The position numbers were made by a program, and so were the translations under genes. The notes under the pieces were generated by a model, which was not told where the DNA came from, did no database searches, and worked only from the letters and a program-made list of their open reading frames with translations. A stretch of DNA of 64,000 bases from Candidatus Bathyarchaeia archaeon (GTDB lineage Archaea; Thermoproteota; Bathyarchaeia; Bathyarchaeales; Bathycorpusculaceae), in NCBI GenBank assembly GCA_038882955.1, contig JAVZNC010000006.1:1-64000 (forward strand), in the 5' to 3' direction. The number at the start of each line of letters is the position of its first letter. The first letter of the stretch is position 1. Shown in pieces: positions 61,656-64,000 of this stretch.

Positions 61656-61982
61656 ATGTGGGAAATAATCACGTCCACAATATGGGCATGCTTCGCAGCC
61701 TACGCAACATGGTACTTTACATACGCAAAACACTTCGCCCCAATAACCTACAATGAAGCAAGAATCCTATGGAAAATCCACAAACAAAACACAAACTGTA
61801 ATGGACGAAGGTGGAGAGAAATCAAACGCAAAGAAGCAATAGTAGGCTTTGAATGCGAATGCGGATACAAACACATACAAAGACGCCCAATAGTAAGCGA
61901 ACTACCAAACACTAAAACCACGCTGGGAGACACAAGAAACATGGCAATCAAAAAACTCCACACAACATACGAATCAACATAA
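61656..61982 (+). CDS. Hypothetical protein with N-terminal TM and possible metal-binding His/Cys motif
   Basis: Hydrophobic N-terminus; H...C and CECG. Confidence 0.65.
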   Translation: MWEIITSTIWACFAAYATWYFTYAKHFAPITYNEARILWKIHKQNTNCNGRRWREIKRKEAIVGFECECGYKHIQRRPIVSELPNTKTTLGDTRNMAIKKLHTTYEST

Positions 61983-62060
61983 AATCCTAAACAAAAACAA
62001 GATGAAGCACCATCCCCTACTTATATCAAATAAAGAACTATAATTAAAAAGGGGAGAGAG

Positions 62061-62810
62061 TCAAGCAGCTTTCGGCTGCTTGTTCTTTGTCTTATAGATC
62101 TTGGCTAGCATTAGCGTCGCGACATGAACAATGGCAGAATTGTCATGTTGCAAATTCTGGTATAGCCTCGGTGGCGATAATTTCTATTATGTGTGCGCTA
62201 TGTGTGTAGTTAACGAGGAGTGTGTTGTGGGTTCCGTTGTAAAACCGCGTGTAATTCACGTCTTCTACTACGACAGAACCGTCGGTGCAGAGTGAAAAGA
62301 TGTCCCATAACAGTGTTTCAGGTATTGTAATGTTACATGCGCCATATGTTCTAATGGGACCGGAAATGTTTAGGCTTATTTTCTTGCTTTTTCGCTAAAA
62401 AGAACGTCTGTCACAGTTGAATTGCTTAGTGTACTGACACGGTGATAAGTTCCACATGCATTAATGTAGAAGTTTGCTGGTATATACGCTTCCAGTATCT
62501 CAGTTGCATAGAAGCCGAAAGGTATGTTGTTCCTGCCATGGCTTGTTTAGTCTGTGTGAACAAGTATTCTTCGAATTTTTGGTCATCACCAGTTTGAGGA
62601 GTGTCTGGAAAGTCATGTAGAATATTCTATTTTGTGGTCAGGGCCCCAGCTTTCAAGCAATGGGTACTCCCAATTTTTTACGTATCCGAGCACATTGTGG
62701 CGTTGACCATTTGGTGAAGTATACGTGCCAATTAGGTTTGGAGCTGCTTCTACATAATTGTCTATTGATGCTTTGAGAGTGAGTGTGCCCTCCCAACAGT
62801 CATGAACCAT
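62061..62810 (-). pseudogene. Degraded secreted/surface protein gene with PEF-CTERM-like sorting signal
   Basis: Frameshifted fragments: SNSTVTDVLFSEK / KKISLNISGP...CNITIPETLL...NYTHSAHIIEIIATEAIPEF / broken TM and basic tail. 5' limit uncertain. Confidence 0.7.
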
Positions 62811-62981
62811 TTATACGTGCCTACCAAAATCTTGTTTCTGTATGCTGGGCACTCCTTTGATTCTGAGTGAGGGTCTCCGAAAAGGTGAAACTTCGGTTGT
62901 TATGGTTTAAAGAACGCTGTCACAAAAATTTATTTTACTTGACTGCTATTCATATATTAGGAGGATACGAAGGGTTCAACT

Positions 62982-63668
62982 GTGATTATTGAGGTGCTTA
63001 TTGCAAGCGAGTTCGTTTCAACTGTGCTGACTTTAATTCTTGTCTATTTTTTCTTCAGGGTTTATAGGTTTACGCGCCATCTTTATTTGCTTGGGCTTAT
63101 AGTTGGCTTCTTACTTTTAGCATCTTCTTATATCCTCCTTGGGGTTTTCCTCTTTTATAAAACCGATGTGGCGATTTCTGAAACGGTTCTCTGGGCACGA
63201 TTAATTGTTCAAGGCTATGGATATGCCTTTATCGCTTTTGCCTATTATTTTTCCGGAAAAAGCGAGAAAGCAACAATGTTTTATTTTGTGCTAATTTCTA
63301 TATTCTGTCTCCTTTCTATCAGTTTGTTCTTTGCAATTTTAATTGTTGTTCCGCCTTTTTTGGAACTTCCGTCAGTAATGGTTGCTGACGAATGCTTTAG
63401 GGTAGCAAATCTCATCTTTCTGGGATATGTTATTTATTATGTTGTTAAACATTTTGAATCTTCTCTTAAGGTAATTTCTGGCTTGAGGTGGACCGTTTTA
63501 GCGTTTTCCCTGCTTTGGTTGGCTCAATATTCTATGCTGATTTGGGGGGTTGATGGCAGTCAAACGGCGTTCGCCTTAGCACATTTGGCTAGATTGGTTT
63601 CTCTGACTCTTTTTATTTTTATTTATCGCTCTTCTAGGAGAGTTAAAAATGAAAGTGGAGAAGCGTAG
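62982..63668 (+). CDS. Multi-pass (about 7 TM) hypothetical membrane protein
   Basis: Hydrophobic throughout; GGAGG upstream of GTG start. Confidence 0.75.
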   Translation: MIIEVLIASEFVSTVLTLILVYFFFRVYRFTRHLYLLGLIVGFLLLASSYILLGVFLFYKTDVAISETVLWARLIVQGYGYAFIAFAYYFSGKSEKATMFYFVLISIFCLLSISLFFAILIVVPPFLELPSVMVADECFRVANLIFLGYVIYYVVKHFESSLKVISGLRWTVLAFSLLWLAQYSMLIWGVDGSQTAFALAHLARLVSLTLFIFIYRSSRRVKNESGEA

Positions 63669-63927
63669 CAAAGTTCAAATTTACTTTGACATTCTTCAAA
63701 TCTTATGTGATGAGGCGAAGAACGAAAAGCCGAGTCTTACAAAGGTTGCGCACTTAGCTAATCTGCCATATGACAGATTCCAAAAATGCTTGCATCAACT
63801 TGTTCAACTTGGCATGGTTAGCTGTGCTGAGGGTGGGAAAATTTTTGTGACCGAAAAAGGTTTAGAGTATATTGATGAGTGTATGAAATTCAACAATTTT
63901 CTTAAGAAAATGGGCCTTTTGCCTTGA
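63649..63927 (+). CDS. Winged helix-turn-helix protein
   Basis: KRSKVQIYFDIL...TKVAHLANL...VTEKG, an archaeal wHTH pattern. Confidence 0.85.
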   Translation: MKVEKRSKVQIYFDILQILCDEAKNEKPSLTKVAHLANLPYDRFQKCLHQLVQLGMVSCAEGGKIFVTEKGLEYIDECMKFNNFLKKMGLLP

Positions 63928-64000
63928 ATTCAGTTTTCATTAATACGAGCTAATTCTTCTAATATGGTTTGTTTACTACTTTAGGCTTTTTGTCCGGACG

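Noticed and set aside
62062-62082. Hairpin CAAGCAGC-TTTCG-GCTGCTTG as terminator or ncRNA
   Set aside because: It lies within the pseudogene tail, and archaeal termination does not generally need hairpins; there is no further support.

Overview
Archaeal chromosomal window, most consistent with TACK and probably Bathyarchaeia. This is inferred from L38e, L14e, S19e, split MetE, DGGGP synthase, a PEF-CTERM remnant and frequent TTG/GTG starts. It opens with a probable cas2 3' end, a leader and a 19-repeat CRISPR array followed by a tRNA 3'-fragment that may be an att site. The rest is mostly housekeeping: methionine synthesis, an acetate uptake/activation/acetylation cluster, lipid and sugar genes, two ribosomal clusters, four tRNAs, DNA repair, purA and pyrB/pyrI. 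Top observations: (1) a wHTH + ATP-cone + class III ribonucleotide reductase fusion that appears to lack the catalytic cysteines and the radical glycine, a candidate nucleotide-sensing pseudoenzyme regulator; (2) a 22-nt bulge-helix-bulge mRNA intron splitting the catalytic Asp codon of cbf5; (3) a 10-nt core shared between that intron and the 22-nt intron of a tRNA-Ser 2.8 kb away; (4) two near-identical CRISPR spacers; (5) an apparent ATA start codon. All protein family calls come from motif recognition by eye, not database searches.
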